A DNA stretch of 64,000 bases from Phaeosaccion multiseriatum. Lineage: Eukaryota; Protista; Ochrophyta, other classes. Within the stretch, counting starts at the first letter, position 1; every line of letters starts with the position of its first letter. Below, piece after piece: positions 1-32,472 of this stretch. The notes beneath the pieces are model-generated. The model did no database searches, was not told the origin of the DNA, and was given only the letters and a program-made list of their open reading frames with translations. The stretch lies in contig OZ218951.1 in NCBI GenBank assembly GCA_965112735.1, forward strand, positions 2,294,001-2,358,000, read 5' to 3'. The translations under genes were made by a program, and so were the position numbers.

Positions 1-572
1 ATCCTCCCAAAGTCCTGCCTTCTAATTTTAAATGGTGCGGGTTCGTACGCGTCACGCTAAATTTATCACACGCCCTCCCTGTAACCAGCGTGACCCTGCA
101 CAGGAGCAGAGAGAGCAGCCCCAACAGCAACGCCTCTATGATCTGGTTCGACCCTCCCAGCTGTGTTCGACAGGGACTCCTTGATGATACCACCACGTGC
201 ATTATTTTTTTTTTGTTTTCGCGCCCCTTGAAATTTTTCAATCGAGAGTAAAAGAGAATTCACAGTATAGCAGTTGGTTCTCTATGGTTTAGAACGGCCT
301 GTGTGGGTTGTGGGAGCGAGAGTTAAAAAGCTCTAATCCTCAGCGGCGATATGCCTTGATGTTCGGCGGCGTATGCTCAGCACGCTGAAGCAGCAGCAGC
401 AGCAGCAACAGCAGTAGGAAGATGGAGAGAAACACCATGGTGCACCCTCATCTTCTTTCTGCAGGGACAACGACTGGTGCTCAAAGCGGGCTTCGCGCCA
501 GTTGCAGGAGAGCTCACAGCTCGATAAGACTGGGCCAGGGAATACGAGACGCTCATTTCGCGTCACCGCCAT

Positions 573-1542
573 GTGACTCTGGCGAGTTCGCTGGAGGAGT
601 TGAGATTCGGGAGGGTCTTTCACAGACCCATCGCTCTCGCTTCCTCGCTCAAGAAGCTTGCATTTTGCGAAATGTGGCGGTTCAATCAGGCTGATGTGAT
701 TTTTCCGAGCCCGCTGGAGGAGGTGACATTCGGGAATGCATTTTACACATCCGTCGCTTTCCTTTTCTCCCTCAAGAAGCCTGCATTTTCCGAAATGCCG
801 CGGTTCGTTCAAGCTGACGTGATCCTGCCGAGCTCGCTGGAGGAGGTGACATTCGGGACGGAGTTTAATAGACCCATCGCCTTTCTTCCCTTGCTGAGGA
901 AGGTCACTTTTAAGTGGGACTCGCAGTTCAATCAGCCCTATGTGACCCTGCCGCTGGAGGAGGCGACATTTTGGAGGATATTTGACAGACACATCGCTTT
1001 CCCTTCGTCGCTCAAGAACCTTAGTTCTTGCGGGGACGCGCGATTCAATCAGGGTGCCGTGATTTTGCCGAGCTCGCTGGAGGAGGTACCATTCGGAAGG
1101 AGATTTGACAGTTCCATCGCTCTCCCTGCCTCTCTCAAGGAGGTCACCTTGACCCCCCTGGGGCTCGCGGTTCAATCAGCACCTGGTGGGGGGGGGGGGG
1201 GGGGGGGAGGGGGTGAGGATGGGGAGGGACTTTCGCCACCCCCTGGAGCTCCCTGCGTTTCTCCGGAGACTGGTGCTTGGAGAGAACTACACCTGCCAAT
1301 TGATGGACCGGCATGGTGGCCTCAAGTTTCCAAGGGTTATGAGACACTGTCCGCTGGCCGCAGATCCGCCTGAGGGGCTTAACGTGGACTGTGCTTCACA
1401 CACACTCTATCGTCTTGCTCAACATGCGCTTGGCTTGGTGGTGGACAAGGAAGGAGGGGAGGGAGGGACGATGAAGTTGCAAATCATAATACAAACAATA
1501 CTTCGTTCCTCAAGTCTTTTCTTGAATTCAAGGCTACTTTGA
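573..1542 (+). pseudogene. FNIP-type leucine-rich repeat gene, frameshifted near 1160 (pseudogene or homopolymer sequencing error)
   Basis: About 9 x 22-aa repeats (PSSLEEVTFGxxFNxPIxx). The repeat continues in another frame (FNQHL...GRDFRHPLELPAFLRRLVLGENY) after C/G runs. There is no clear ATG start. Confidence 0.65.
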
Positions 1543-1595
1543 TGTGAGGTACTCGCCCGCCCTAGCATCCCTTTTCCCTCCCTGTGTACTCCCCA

Positions 1596-1678
1596 TCTCT
1601 GTGGATGTGCTGGTCACGATTTAGTCTCTGTGGATGTACTGGTCACGATTTAGTCTCTGTGGATTTGCTGATCACGAT
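1596..1678. repeat. 29-bp tandem repeat x3
   Basis: TCTCTGTGGATGTGCTGGTCACGATTTAG-like unit repeated three times. Confidence 0.8.
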
Positions 1679-2199
1679 GCGGTCCTCACAACTCCCCCTC
1701 CCCTCTTGGTCGCTCTCTCTCTCTCTCTCCCTCCCTCTCTCCCTCCCTCCCTTGCCCGCTCCAGAACTCCCCTCGCCCCCAGACAAGCTCCGCGCTAGGA
1801 CGAGAAGAGGACTACACCCGCTACACATCGTGGCCCCCTCTGCCCTCTGCCATTAGCCCTCTCCCGTCTCCTTCGCCCACTCTTCGCCACGCCAACCCCC
1901 CCCGGGAAGACCCTCTTACCTGACCCACTTCAAATCAACTAATTAACTCCCATCAAGTGCCATCAATCGCCATGGCCGCCGCTATGCTTGGTACTGGCGC
2001 TGCTTCCTCTCTCTACCCCGCCCTCTCTCTCTCTTTCCCACCCTCTCTCTGTCTTTCCCACCCTCTCTCTCTCGTTCCCTCTCTCTCCTCTCCCTTTCCC
2101 TCTCTCTCTCTGCGGCACCTACTTCAGCTTTCCCTCAGTCTAAGCAGAGACTGCTCTCAGTCTAAGAACAGTTTCCCTCAGTCGAAGCACGGCTTGCCC

Positions 2200-5100
2200 T
2201 CAGTCTAAGAACAGCTTTCCCGGGTTTAGAATGCCGGTGGGGTCGAGAGCATCCTTCACTGTCCTCATCATGGCAACTCCGCTGCTACCGTGCTCTGTTA
2301 GTAGAAGTCGTATCGGAGGGAGGGAGGGAGGATGAGGGCCGTGCCAATGTTTGGTCTACTATTACTATTGTGCCTTCTCTTGCCTTGCCTTCCCTGTGCG
2401 TCTGTCTGCCTGCCTAGACTCTCTTCTCTACAGGGATGCCTATGCCCATACCCATATACCTGTGTCCATGTACTGCAGCTTGCCGCAGCCGATGCCGTGC
2501 TCCCCAGAGCAAGTGCCGCCCATGCCAAGCGCCCTTTGGGATGGCAGTGGATGGGGCGGGGGGGGTCAGAGGAGAGAAGACCAGAGAAACGAAGAGGGAG
2601 GGGAGGGAGGGGGGAAGTGGAGTGATTTGACTCTTCAAGTAACACAGAGCGCAAAGGAAAGGACGACGGGCAAGTGACTGATTTCCAAAGAAAAGTCTTT
2701 CCCGCTCGCTCTGCTCCTCCTCCCCTCCTCCTCTCCTCTCCTCCCCTCCCCTCCCCTCCTCCCTCACCTCACGATGAGCCGACGATTGACCTCAGCAGTT
2801 GCCGCCACAAGCTCCGGTGAGTCTTGCTCGTGATGCGTCAGAATCACATGAAAGTTGCCATCCCCCACGTGGCCAAAGACCGGTGCTACAAGGCCGAAGT
2901 CCACGATGTCTCTCTGTGTCTCTTCAATGCACTCCGCTAGACGAGACCGAGGCACGCACACGTCCGTAGGCTGACCGCTACAGCCGGGGCGAAGCGCTTT
3001 GGCGGCATAGTAAGCTGTGTGGGTAGAGGGTAGAGGGTAGAGGGTAGAGGGTAGAGGGTAGAGTGAGGTGGAGGGGTACTTCCCCAGGGGTGGAGGTGTG
3101 GAGGTGTATGGGCACATGCGGCTTAGGGCACGGAGAGTGAAGTCCGTGAGTGTATGTCAGCGAGAGAGACACTGACCTTGGTGCCGCGCGTGCCAGAGCT
3201 TCTCCCGCTCCTACGACGTGGGCGGCGTACGTAAGTCAGTGAAACTCAATTTAAGTCAGTGAGAGCGTACACAAAATGCTTTACTTGGGACACACAGAGA
3301 GGCAGAGGCGGGCCCGTACATCCAAGGCCATACTCAACGCATGTGTACAGAGGATAGAGACAGGCCCTGAGGGACTGAAGCATTGAGACCTCAGTGACTG
3401 AGTGAGTGATGAGTGAGTGACAACTTTCACTTCCCTCTTGTGTGCCTGCGAGCTTACCTTGGGATCGTTGCTCCAGGCATACTCGTCAGCCCCGCAATCC
3501 GTTGCCACCTCACGAGCCACCTCTGCTTGTTCGCGCACGGCTGAGGCCACATGGGAGGGAAGACGGAGGAGGGAGCGGAGGGGGGGGAGGGGAAGGAGGG
3601 GAGATATACCCGAGTCAGAAGGAGGCAGAGGAGGCGAACTAGAGGGGAGCTCATCCGCAAGGGGGCGGGGAATGTAGGGGAGTATTCGCTCCTGGCTCCT
3701 TCACTTCACCCTCACTGAGACCATCACCCCTCCACACTCACTCCCACCCCACTCACATTACCCACTCAAATACTCCAAATACTCACTCACTTCGTCCCTC
3801 ACGAACTGAATCTCACTCACTCGCCCAACTCACTCACTCATTCACTCACTCACTCACTCACTCACTCCCATTCACCCACCCTACTCACCCACCCCACTCA
3901 CCAGCGTCGGAAAAGCCATGAAACTCCAGAAAGAGCGTGGGCAGCACGGGATAGGCAAGGCCTGAGAAACTGTTCATGGCCGCCATGCTCACTGCATCCA
4001 GCAGCTCGCACCTGTGTTTTCAGTTTCAGTTTCGATTTCAGTTCCAGTCCCAGTTACGTTGAGTTTCGATTTTAATAATCACCACTGCAAGAGGACACCA
4101 TGAGCTATACGCCTTGAACTGACTGACTGACTGACTGACTAGCTGGACTGACTGACTGACTGACTAACTGACTAACTGACTAGCTAGACTGACTGACTGA
4201 CTGACTGACTGATTCACTGACTGACTGACTGGCTGACGGACTGTCAAAGTCAATAGGACGGGCTGACGGACAGTCAAAGTCAATAGGACGGACTGACGGA
4301 CTCCCACCTCACCTGGCGAGAGGGACACCCATCTGCAAGGTGCTCATGGCTGCTGTCACAGCAGCAGACACGTTGGGGAAGGTGACGCGCGCACCCGCAA
4401 TAGCCGACGGCTTGGCATGCAAGCGGAGATGCACCTCAGTGATCACTGCTAGAGTACCCTCGCTGCCGACCAGCAGCTGCGATAGTTGGTGATGTGGGGG
4501 GGTAGGAGTGGGGGGTGGTGGGGGTGAAGTGGTCGGGGTGTGGGGGTAGAGGAGTGGGGGTGGAGGCATGGCAGGGGTGTGCGGCGGTGTGAGGAGAAGG
4601 GAAGGTGGGTATGGTGTTTGGTACGGGTGCGCGGCGTTTGGGTAGAAAGGGACAGAGGGTGGAGGAGGAGGAGGAGGAGGAGGAGGAGGAGGAGGAGGAG
4701 GAGGAAGAGGAGGAGGAGGAGGAGGAGGAGGAGGAGGAGGAGGAGGAGGAGGAGGAGGAGGAGGAGGAGGAGGAGAAGGAGAAGGAGGAGGAGGAGGAGG
4801 AGGAGGAGGAGGAGGAGGAGGAGGAGGAGGAGGAGGAGGAGGAGGAGGAGGAGGAGGAGGAGGAGGAGGAGGAGGAGGAGGAGGAGGAGGAGAGGAGGTA
4901 CACAGAGAGGAGTTGCAAAACCACAGACCCAAACTGAAACTGACCTAATCTATGACCTATGACCTACCTTGGTTAAGTCGTAACCCGTGCTACTCTTCCG
5001 CACCCTCGTTCCCGTCCTGTGGGTGTGGGGCCGGGCAGCAGAGCGAGCGAGAGAGAGAGGGTAATAGGGAGACGACACAATCAATCGATCAATCGATCAA

Positions 5101-5688
5101 TCGATCATAAATCACAAGGCGATAGACAAGAGAAAGAGCCGGTGGATACAAGCTGGGATGTTAAGCTGTGGGGTTGCTGTTGGCAAGCTGGCGAGCTAAC
5201 AACGGCAGGGTTGGTTGTACTGAGCAAGAGAGGAGGGAGGGGTGGGGGGGGGGTGTATGTGTATGTGTATGTCTATGTATGTGCGGACAGATAGTGTGAG
5301 TATGCGCTTGTCCTGTGGACATGGACAGGTCGAGGACTGGCCGCCCGAGGGAGGGAGGAAGGGAGGGAAGGGAGGGGAGGGAGGGGAGGGAGGGGAGGGA
5401 GGGGATGGGACGGAGGAGACGGAGGGGAGGGCCCTGGCGGGTCCAAAGCCTCACGTCTCGTCTCACGTACCTCACGACTTGTCCCCCTGGCGTAACGGCA
5501 GTCAGACCGATGACGTTGTCGTGCATGCTTCCATACCGTACTGTTGTAGTTCCGGAGGCCCTAGTGCTTGTCATTCCGCCGATGGTCTGCGAAACGGAAT
5601 GTAGGTCAGCCGTTGCGCCCGCCAAGAGCAGAGAGGGAGGGGGGGGGGCAGAGAGAGAGAGGAGAGAGGGAGAGAGAGAGAGAAAGGG

Positions 5689-5725
<37 letters not shown>

Positions 5726-7771
5726 CAGAGGACGCCGAGCAGAGCCGAGATGAGACAAGAGGAGAGGGAATGGGGCGGAGAGAGATCGCGTCAGAAGGGG
5801 GGAGGTCCGGGAACGCAAGGAAAAACAGAGCACTTGAAAAAATAGAAGGTTTAAGATGGATTCTGCCATGTGTGGGTGAGTGTGTGGGTGAGTGTGTGGG
5901 TGACTCTTCTCTCCGAACGCCGCCGAAGGAGCACTAACTCACTCACTCACTCACCGCATCAGCCCCGGGGTCCACTGGGAAGAACAGACCGGTCTGGCGT
6001 AGGGCCTACCGGGCGGGGCACACCAGTTGGTGATACGGGTCGTTGCCGAACAAGCAAGAAGGCATCAAATCCAGAATGATTGCATACGGTAGCATAACAA
6101 AGATGGTGGGCAAGGTATGGCAGAAACCGCCCCCCCCCCCCCCCGTCGGCACCCTCTTCACTGTCCAGCGTTGCTGATACGAAGTCACCTCTCCAGTGGC
6201 CGGCCTCCACAGCACCTCTCTCCTCCCTCCACGTAACAAGGCGGACAAAGACACACACGCGCAACACACCCACACACACAAACAAACACTCACTCACTCA
6301 CTTACTCACTCACACACACACAAACAAACAAACACTCACTCACTCATTTACTCACTCACACACACACACACAAAAAAAAAAAAACACTCACTCACTTACT
6401 CACACACACACACACACACACACACAAACAAACACTCACTCACTCACTTACTCACTCACACACACACAAACAAACACTCACTCACTCACTCACTTACTCA
6501 CTCACACACACACAGATACAGACACAGACACACACACACACACAAAAACAAACACTCACTCACTTACTCACACACACACACACACAAACAAACACTCACT
6601 CACTCACTTACTCACTCACACACACACAAACAAACACTCACTCACTCACTCACTTACTCACTCACACACACACACAGATACAGACACAGACACACGCACA
6701 CTGCTCGCTCTGTTTGTGCTACTCCCGTATTGGAGGAGTGTGGTCTGCTTGCCATTGCCGTAGCTGAGTGGTCACGCCGGCCTTCCTGCACACAAACACC
6801 TTCACTTGTGTTCGTGCTGTGCTGTGCTGCGCCCTTTCTGAACCTATACGCCCTACCCCGTGCTTAAAGCTAAAGAAGTCCTGTTCTCATCTGTGGTACA
6901 GGGACCTACCTACCTTCCTACCCATTACTTACCTGAGCGAGAGAGCTTCGGGTGATGCCCGCCTGCACACGGCAGTCCATATCGGCCGCGTTGAGCTCGA
7001 GCAAGGAGTCCATCCTCGCCATGTCCAGACTCACGCCGCCACACAAGGCGTGAATATGGCCCTACGGACAGGTTTGGGGGGGGGGGGGGGGTAGTAAGGA
7101 AAGATGCGAGCGGTCGATTGCAGGCGAGTGGGCGATGCACCTTGTTCGTTTGCCCCTGCGCGCACCACCCTCTAGTACCAGTAGCTACACGACAAAGTCA
7201 CTCCATCTTAGTTTCTTCCAAATTGAATTACCTCCAGTGAAGTGCCCGCTCCGAATGGGATTATGGGGACGCCATACCGAGAGCAGATGGCGACTGCCTC
7301 GGCCACGTCTTCCGTGGATTCAGGGTACACCACGGCGTTGGGCGGGTGTGGTGGGTGGAACGATTCGTCTCTTCCATGCGCCTCCAGGACGTTGGGGTTG
7401 GTGCTTATTTGGCTCCTTCCATCTGGGCTACTGCGGCTCTCCTTGCCAAATCGATGGGCAAGGTCTTCCAGGCAGCGAGCCAAGGCGGAAGGGGAGGGGG
7501 GCACGAATGCCTGACTTTGACCCACGCAGCGCCGGTGCGCCCGCTCCTCCCGCTGCTGTTGCTGCTCCTGGTGCTGGTGCTGGTGCTGCCTCCGTCGCGA
7601 AGGTGGGTCTACTGCGGAAGCTAAGCCCCTCTTTTTGCCACCGCTGCTACTGCTGCTGCTGCCGCTACTGCCACTACTTCTAGTGGGAGGGAGCAAGCGA
7701 GGCGGGAGCACACGGCACAGGTGCTGCAGGAGGGGAGAATATCTCCTCGCGGCACGAGCTGGGATAGCCAT
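2200..7771 (-). CDS. LDHD: FAD-binding D-lactate dehydrogenase (LDHD/DLD1/GlcD family), about 12 exons, probably mitochondrial
   Basis: GT-AG spliced translation joins PFGAGTSLE|[13 protein letters not shown]|[16 protein letters not shown]|[24 protein letters not shown] and [11 protein letters not shown]. The N-terminus is Arg/Ser-rich. Confidence 0.92.
4660..4897. repeat. Long intronic (GAG)n polypurine tract
   Basis: About 235 bp of nearly pure GAG repeats inside an LDHD intron. Confidence 0.95.
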
Positions 7772-8611
7772 GGTTGAAGACAAGAAGAAAAAAAAAAAAA
7801 AAAAAAGCGCCAAAGGATATCAGCCACACAGCCCAGTTGACTCTGAGCGATTAAATTGGACTGGTGCCTGCTCCAGGTCTACTGTTGCCAGGGGGGTGTG
7901 AAGGAGGAGGAGAGCAGGAGGAGAGGGAGAAGGAAGAAGGAATTGAAAAGGGAAGGAGATTCGCGTCGCCAGCGGGGGGACTCTCTTTTACGTACGTACG
8001 TACGTACGGATTACGTATCGTGTTAGGACATTTATTGACATAGTGCCAAAAATTCGGGTGGAATCGATTCAGCCCTTCTGGAGGGGACCAAACCCCTGAC
8101 AGACCGTATAAAACATAAGCGCGCGGAGAGGACAGGAGCATAACTGAGGTAATGCAAAGAGAATGTACGCTCCACTTCAGACGAGGTCGTCGCGGACTGG
8201 AGGAGTGCGCGCTTAATTCCTTCGCCTGGATGCTCCCGCTCCTTCCTCCCAGATCCGCTCGCTCCTCTCCGTGAAAAAAGAGGACGATTGGCGTGTTCGA
8301 GCGGAGCCGCGGTGGTGGCATCCCTCTATCGCAGCGGCCAGGGGGGGGGGTCGGCAGCGAAGGCTGGCCGGCGCTAGCAGCTGGTCCTTTCCTTCTTGTG
8401 AGGAAAGGGCGAGCTGGACCGAACCGGGCTGCCACGAAAACAGTGCCTTGGAGTTGGAAGGGGGATTGCCGCAGCTGCGGCATCTGCAGCAAGGAGGGGG
8501 GGGGCTGGGGCACTAGAGGAGAGGGGAAGGGAAGGCGGCGGCCTAAAGCTAGCCAGGGAGTGTGCGCTTTTGATTAGGCCGGGAAGGAGGAGCAGGAGTG
8601 GGGCGGCAACC

Positions 8612-28040
<19,429 letters not shown>

Positions 28041-28418
28041 AGGGGCCCAACTTTGAGTTTAGAGAGTACTTTAGTTATTATTGAGAGGAAGGAATTGCTT
28101 CATTTTTGATAGAGAGCAGCAGCAGCAGTAGCAGCAGCAGCAGCTGGTTGCGTTCCGCGTCGTCGGACAAGTGATGGGATGTGAGCGCAGGAGCAGGGCG
28201 GCAGTTGCAGTAGCAGCGGCAGCACCGGCACCAGCGAAGAAAGAGTGAAGGACGGAGTATGATACTTGAAAGAGAGGGAGAGAGAGAGAGAGCCGTGCAA
28301 CATATATAACTATGCACTTTTATTGTATTGAGGTGTTATAGGTCCTCTCTCTCTTCTACTCCTTCCGCCCGTACATCAAGAGAGAGAAACCTCTCCTCTT
28401 CCTTACTCCTTCACTCCT

Positions 28419-31400
28419 TCACTCCTTCTTCCGCTCGTAGATCATGATATAGCTTTCGCTCAGGCCCACCATTTGAGGCATTGTCTCTTGCACATGCAGG
28501 TCCTGAATCTCGTACCTGCAGCAGTTGGTGATACGGCAGGCAGTGGGCAGTTGCCAGTTGGTGATACAGCAGCAGTAGCAGCAGCGAGAGCCCCGCAACA
28601 CGATCAAATCAAAAATGGACTTAGGCGGCCCAAGAAAGCAGGAAATCCCTCCGTCCCTCCCCCTGCTCGCTCATTCACTCACTCAGTACTGGTCTGCCCT
28701 CCCTTCCTCCCTCTCCCCTCTCTGACTCACTCACTAACCCACTTCTCCTCCCTCCCCCCGCACTCGCTCCCTCCCTCACTCACTCTTTCACTCTCTCTCT
28801 CACTCCCTCCCTCCCTCCCTCCCTCCCTCCCTCCCTCCCTCCCTCCCTCCCTCCCTCCCTCCCTCCCTCACTCACTCCCTCCCTCACTCACTCACTCACT
28901 CAGTCACGGAGTCACTCATCCACTGACTTACCACTGGTCTGCTGCCTTGTTCTTAACGTGCACTCTGTATGTGCCTCCCTCCAGGGGGTCGCGCTGACCC
29001 TCCTTGCCCTGCCCTGCCGGACTGTCGTGGCAGACATTGGCCAGGAGGTCGTACTTCCGTGACAGTACCTGGGGGAGCGAGGGAGGGAGGGAGGGAGGGA
29101 GGGAGGGAGGGAGGAAGGGAGGAAGGAAGAGAGCAAAGGAGGGAGGAAGGGAGGGAGGGAGGAAGGGAGGGAGGAAAGGAGGGAGGAAGGGAGGGAGGGA
29201 GGGAGGGAGGGAGGGAGGAAGGGAGGAAAGGAGGAGGAAGGGAGGGAGGGAGGGAGGGAGGGAGGGAGATGAGAGAGAGTGGGAGTGAGAGGGAGTGGCA
29301 GTGGGAGTGGGAGCAAGAGAACAGAAGCGAAGTCCTGCGGTGGCTGCTCTAGCAGGAGATGAGGTGGAGAGGCCCCCCCTGGCCTGGTCATCACTCATGC
29401 CCCTGTCCCGACACCTCCCTCCCCCACTCCGTCATCTCCACCAGGCATCTCGCGCGCCTTGTTGTGTTGTGCTCCCTCCCTCCCTCCCTTCTCCCTCCTC
29501 TCTATCCCTCCCTCCCTCCCTCCCTTCCTTCCTCTCTATCCCCCCCTCCCTTCCTCTCTATCCCCCCCTCCCTTCCTCTCTATCCCCCCCTCCCTCCCTC
29601 CCTCCCTCCCTCCCTTCCTTCCTTCCTCTCTATCCCCCCCTCCCTTCCTCTCCCTCCCTCCCTCCCTCCCTTCCTTCCTTCCTTCCTCTCTATCCCCCCC
29701 TCCCTTCCTCTCTATCCCCCGCTCCCTCCCTCCCTCCTTCCTTGCTTGCTTCCTTCCTTCCTTCCTTCCCTCCCTCCCTCCCTCCCTCCTTACTCCCTCA
29801 CCTCTGGCAGCGTCCGAATGAGGTTATCTGCCACAAGCTCCTCGAGCTCTCTGCGCTCGACACAGTTGTTGTCGGAGATGCCGTACTTGGTTAGCAGCGC
29901 CTGACAAGCAAAGACGGAGTGACAGGAAGGCCATTAGTGAGTGAGTGAGTGAGTGATTGAGTCTCTCTCTATCTCTCTCCGTCCTGTCCCGATCTTAGGA
30001 AAAGGAGCACACTCGACTCCTTCTCAACACACCGCCCACTGATGGCGACAGATACCTCCAATCGTGTAGCACCAACGGCCTTACCTTGAGCTCCTTGACG
30101 GTCATGGCCTGAAGCTGCTCCTCTGTGGGCAGAGCAGCAACTTCCTTGTCGTCCTCCACGTCTGACGATGAAACGGTTGAGGAGAGGGTAAGAAAGGAGC
30201 GGGCAGAGGGGGTTCAAGGAGAGGCAATAAAGAAAAAAGAGGGGCAAACAAGAGGGAAGCATATAGATAGGCAGAGGAGAGGCAAACAAGAGGGAAACAT
30301 ATAGATAGGCAGAGGAGAGGGTAAAGAAGAATGTACAGAGAGCATAGGAGAGGGTAGAGAGGGTCGTCAAGGAAGAGGGCAAAGGAAAGCAGTAACAAAG
30401 TCATCAATTAAAACCACGGAAACTTGTGCTATTCAAGTTGGCAACAGAGAGCATCTGAGATCGACATTTGGCATCGACCCCTACATTGATTTTGATTGGA
30501 AGACGTGTTCGGTGCATGGAAAAGTTCCGATACACCCTGAAGAGTACAGCAGGTCGAATCAACTGAAACTCACATCCTTTCATGTCGAGGTTTTTGATGG
30601 GGAAGTTAACGATGGTCGGGTTCTTTTCCACATAAAAATTGTTCCGTGTGAAGCGGTGCAAGTGAAACACCAGGTAGCGGGGCAGCTTCAGCAGCTTGTA
30701 CTGTTTGGTTGTTAAAGGGGGGGAGGGAGGGGAGGGGGAGAGAGGAGAGGTAGGAGGTGCATAGGTTGGATGGGGTGGGGTGGGATCGGGGCGTACACGC
30801 GTGAAGAGAGACGAAGGAACGGAAGTAAGTATGCCGTTGAGAGAGTGTCAAGCTTCGACGAAAGCATGCCGTTGGGAGGTGAGGAGGTGTCAAGCTTCGT
30901 TCCAAGTCGAGCTCCAAGACTGGAAAAAGGGAAAAAGCAAGAAGGGAAGGGAAGCTGTCCTTCCCTCCCCCTGGTCCCTCCCCTCCCTCCCCTCCGTCCT
31001 AACCTGTCTCCGCTGATGCTCGCCGGCCTTGACAACATCGGTCACATATTCCCCGTCAAACTTCTGCAGAACCGTCATGAGAGGAATCTGCGGAATGACA
31101 TTCCCTCCTTCCGAGTCCTTGAACAGCGGCGTCGGCGGAATGTCCAACGTGAGGTGGAGGAAAGGAGCCTGCACTTCACTAATGTCCCACCCCTTCTTGT
31201 CCCCCTTCCCCGCCCCCGTCTCCTCGCCGTTTCCTTCCCCGCCTTTGCTCTCTTCCACCCCCTCGTCGTCCTCGTCTTCCATCCTGGATGACTTTCCTCC
31301 TCCTCCCCCGCCTCCTCCTTCTTCTTCTTGTTCGTCCTCTTCTGCCAGTAGCTCGAGCTGAGCAGGGGGACGGAACAAAACAATAGTGGTAGAGAGGGGA

Positions 31401-31618
31401 GAGAGGGGGGGGGGGGAGGAGTGAGACGGAGACAGAAGGACACCGAGAGACAGGGAGAGAGGAGTGAGAAAGGAGTGAGAGAGATGAGGGTCAAGGGAGG
31501 GAGAGAGCGGGAGAGAGAGTTAGGGGCGGAGGAAGAGACAGGAAGAGGAGTGACAGCAATGAGAGGGTCGTAGGGACGGAGAGAAGTGAGAAAGGCGTGA
31601 AAGAGATGAGAGGGATAG

Positions 31619-31680
<62 letters not shown>

Positions 31681-32426
31681 AACTAAGACTGCGCGTGTCA
31701 GGCGGACTAAGGCACACACCCTTGCACTCACTCACTCACTCACTCACTCACTCAGCCACTCACTCACTCACTCACTCACTCAAGCACCCACCCACGCACT
31801 CACTCACGCACGCACTCACTCGCTCGCTCGCTCACCCCTCCACTCCCTCCCTCCACTCCCTCCCTCCACTCCCTCCCTCCCTCACTCACTCACCCCTCAC
31901 TCCCTCACTCCCGCACTCACCCTTGACTTCTTGCTCTTTTTGCTCTCTGTATATACCTTGACCTGTCCCTGAAAGGTCTGGAAGATGATGCTGCTGTTGG
32001 GCTTGCGCGTGCCCCCCAAGTGCAAGTGGAGCGTGTTGAGAAGCCATGCCAAGAAGTCTGCGCACTCGGCCTGCGTGCCTACCTTGAAGCGTTTCTTGCT
32101 GTTGATTGTTGATTATTGGGGTATGTGGTGAGTGAGTGTTGTGTGGTTGTTGTTGTTGTTGTGTGTGTGTGTGTTTGTGGTAGTGAGGAGTGGTAAGTGT
32201 TGATTTAGTATTCAGAGGGTTGATGGGTGGCGTTTTGATTGTTGGTGGATTGTTTTGGTTGTGGGGAGGGAGGGAAGACAGGCATATGGGAGGAGAGGAA
32301 GGAGGGGCAGGACAGAGAGAGGCAAGAGGAAGGGTAAGAGGGACGAGAGAGAGGGAAGAAGGACAAGAGACGAGGAGAGAATCAATCAGGTCAACAAGCC
32401 CAGGTGGGCACGCACGCATGACGCAA

Positions 32427-32472
<46 letters not shown>

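Noticed and set aside
6196-6867. His/Thr-rich ORF and similar poly-amino-acid ORFs throughout the window
   Set aside because: They are translations of intronic (CA)n, (CACT)n, (CT)n and (GAG)n microsatellites.
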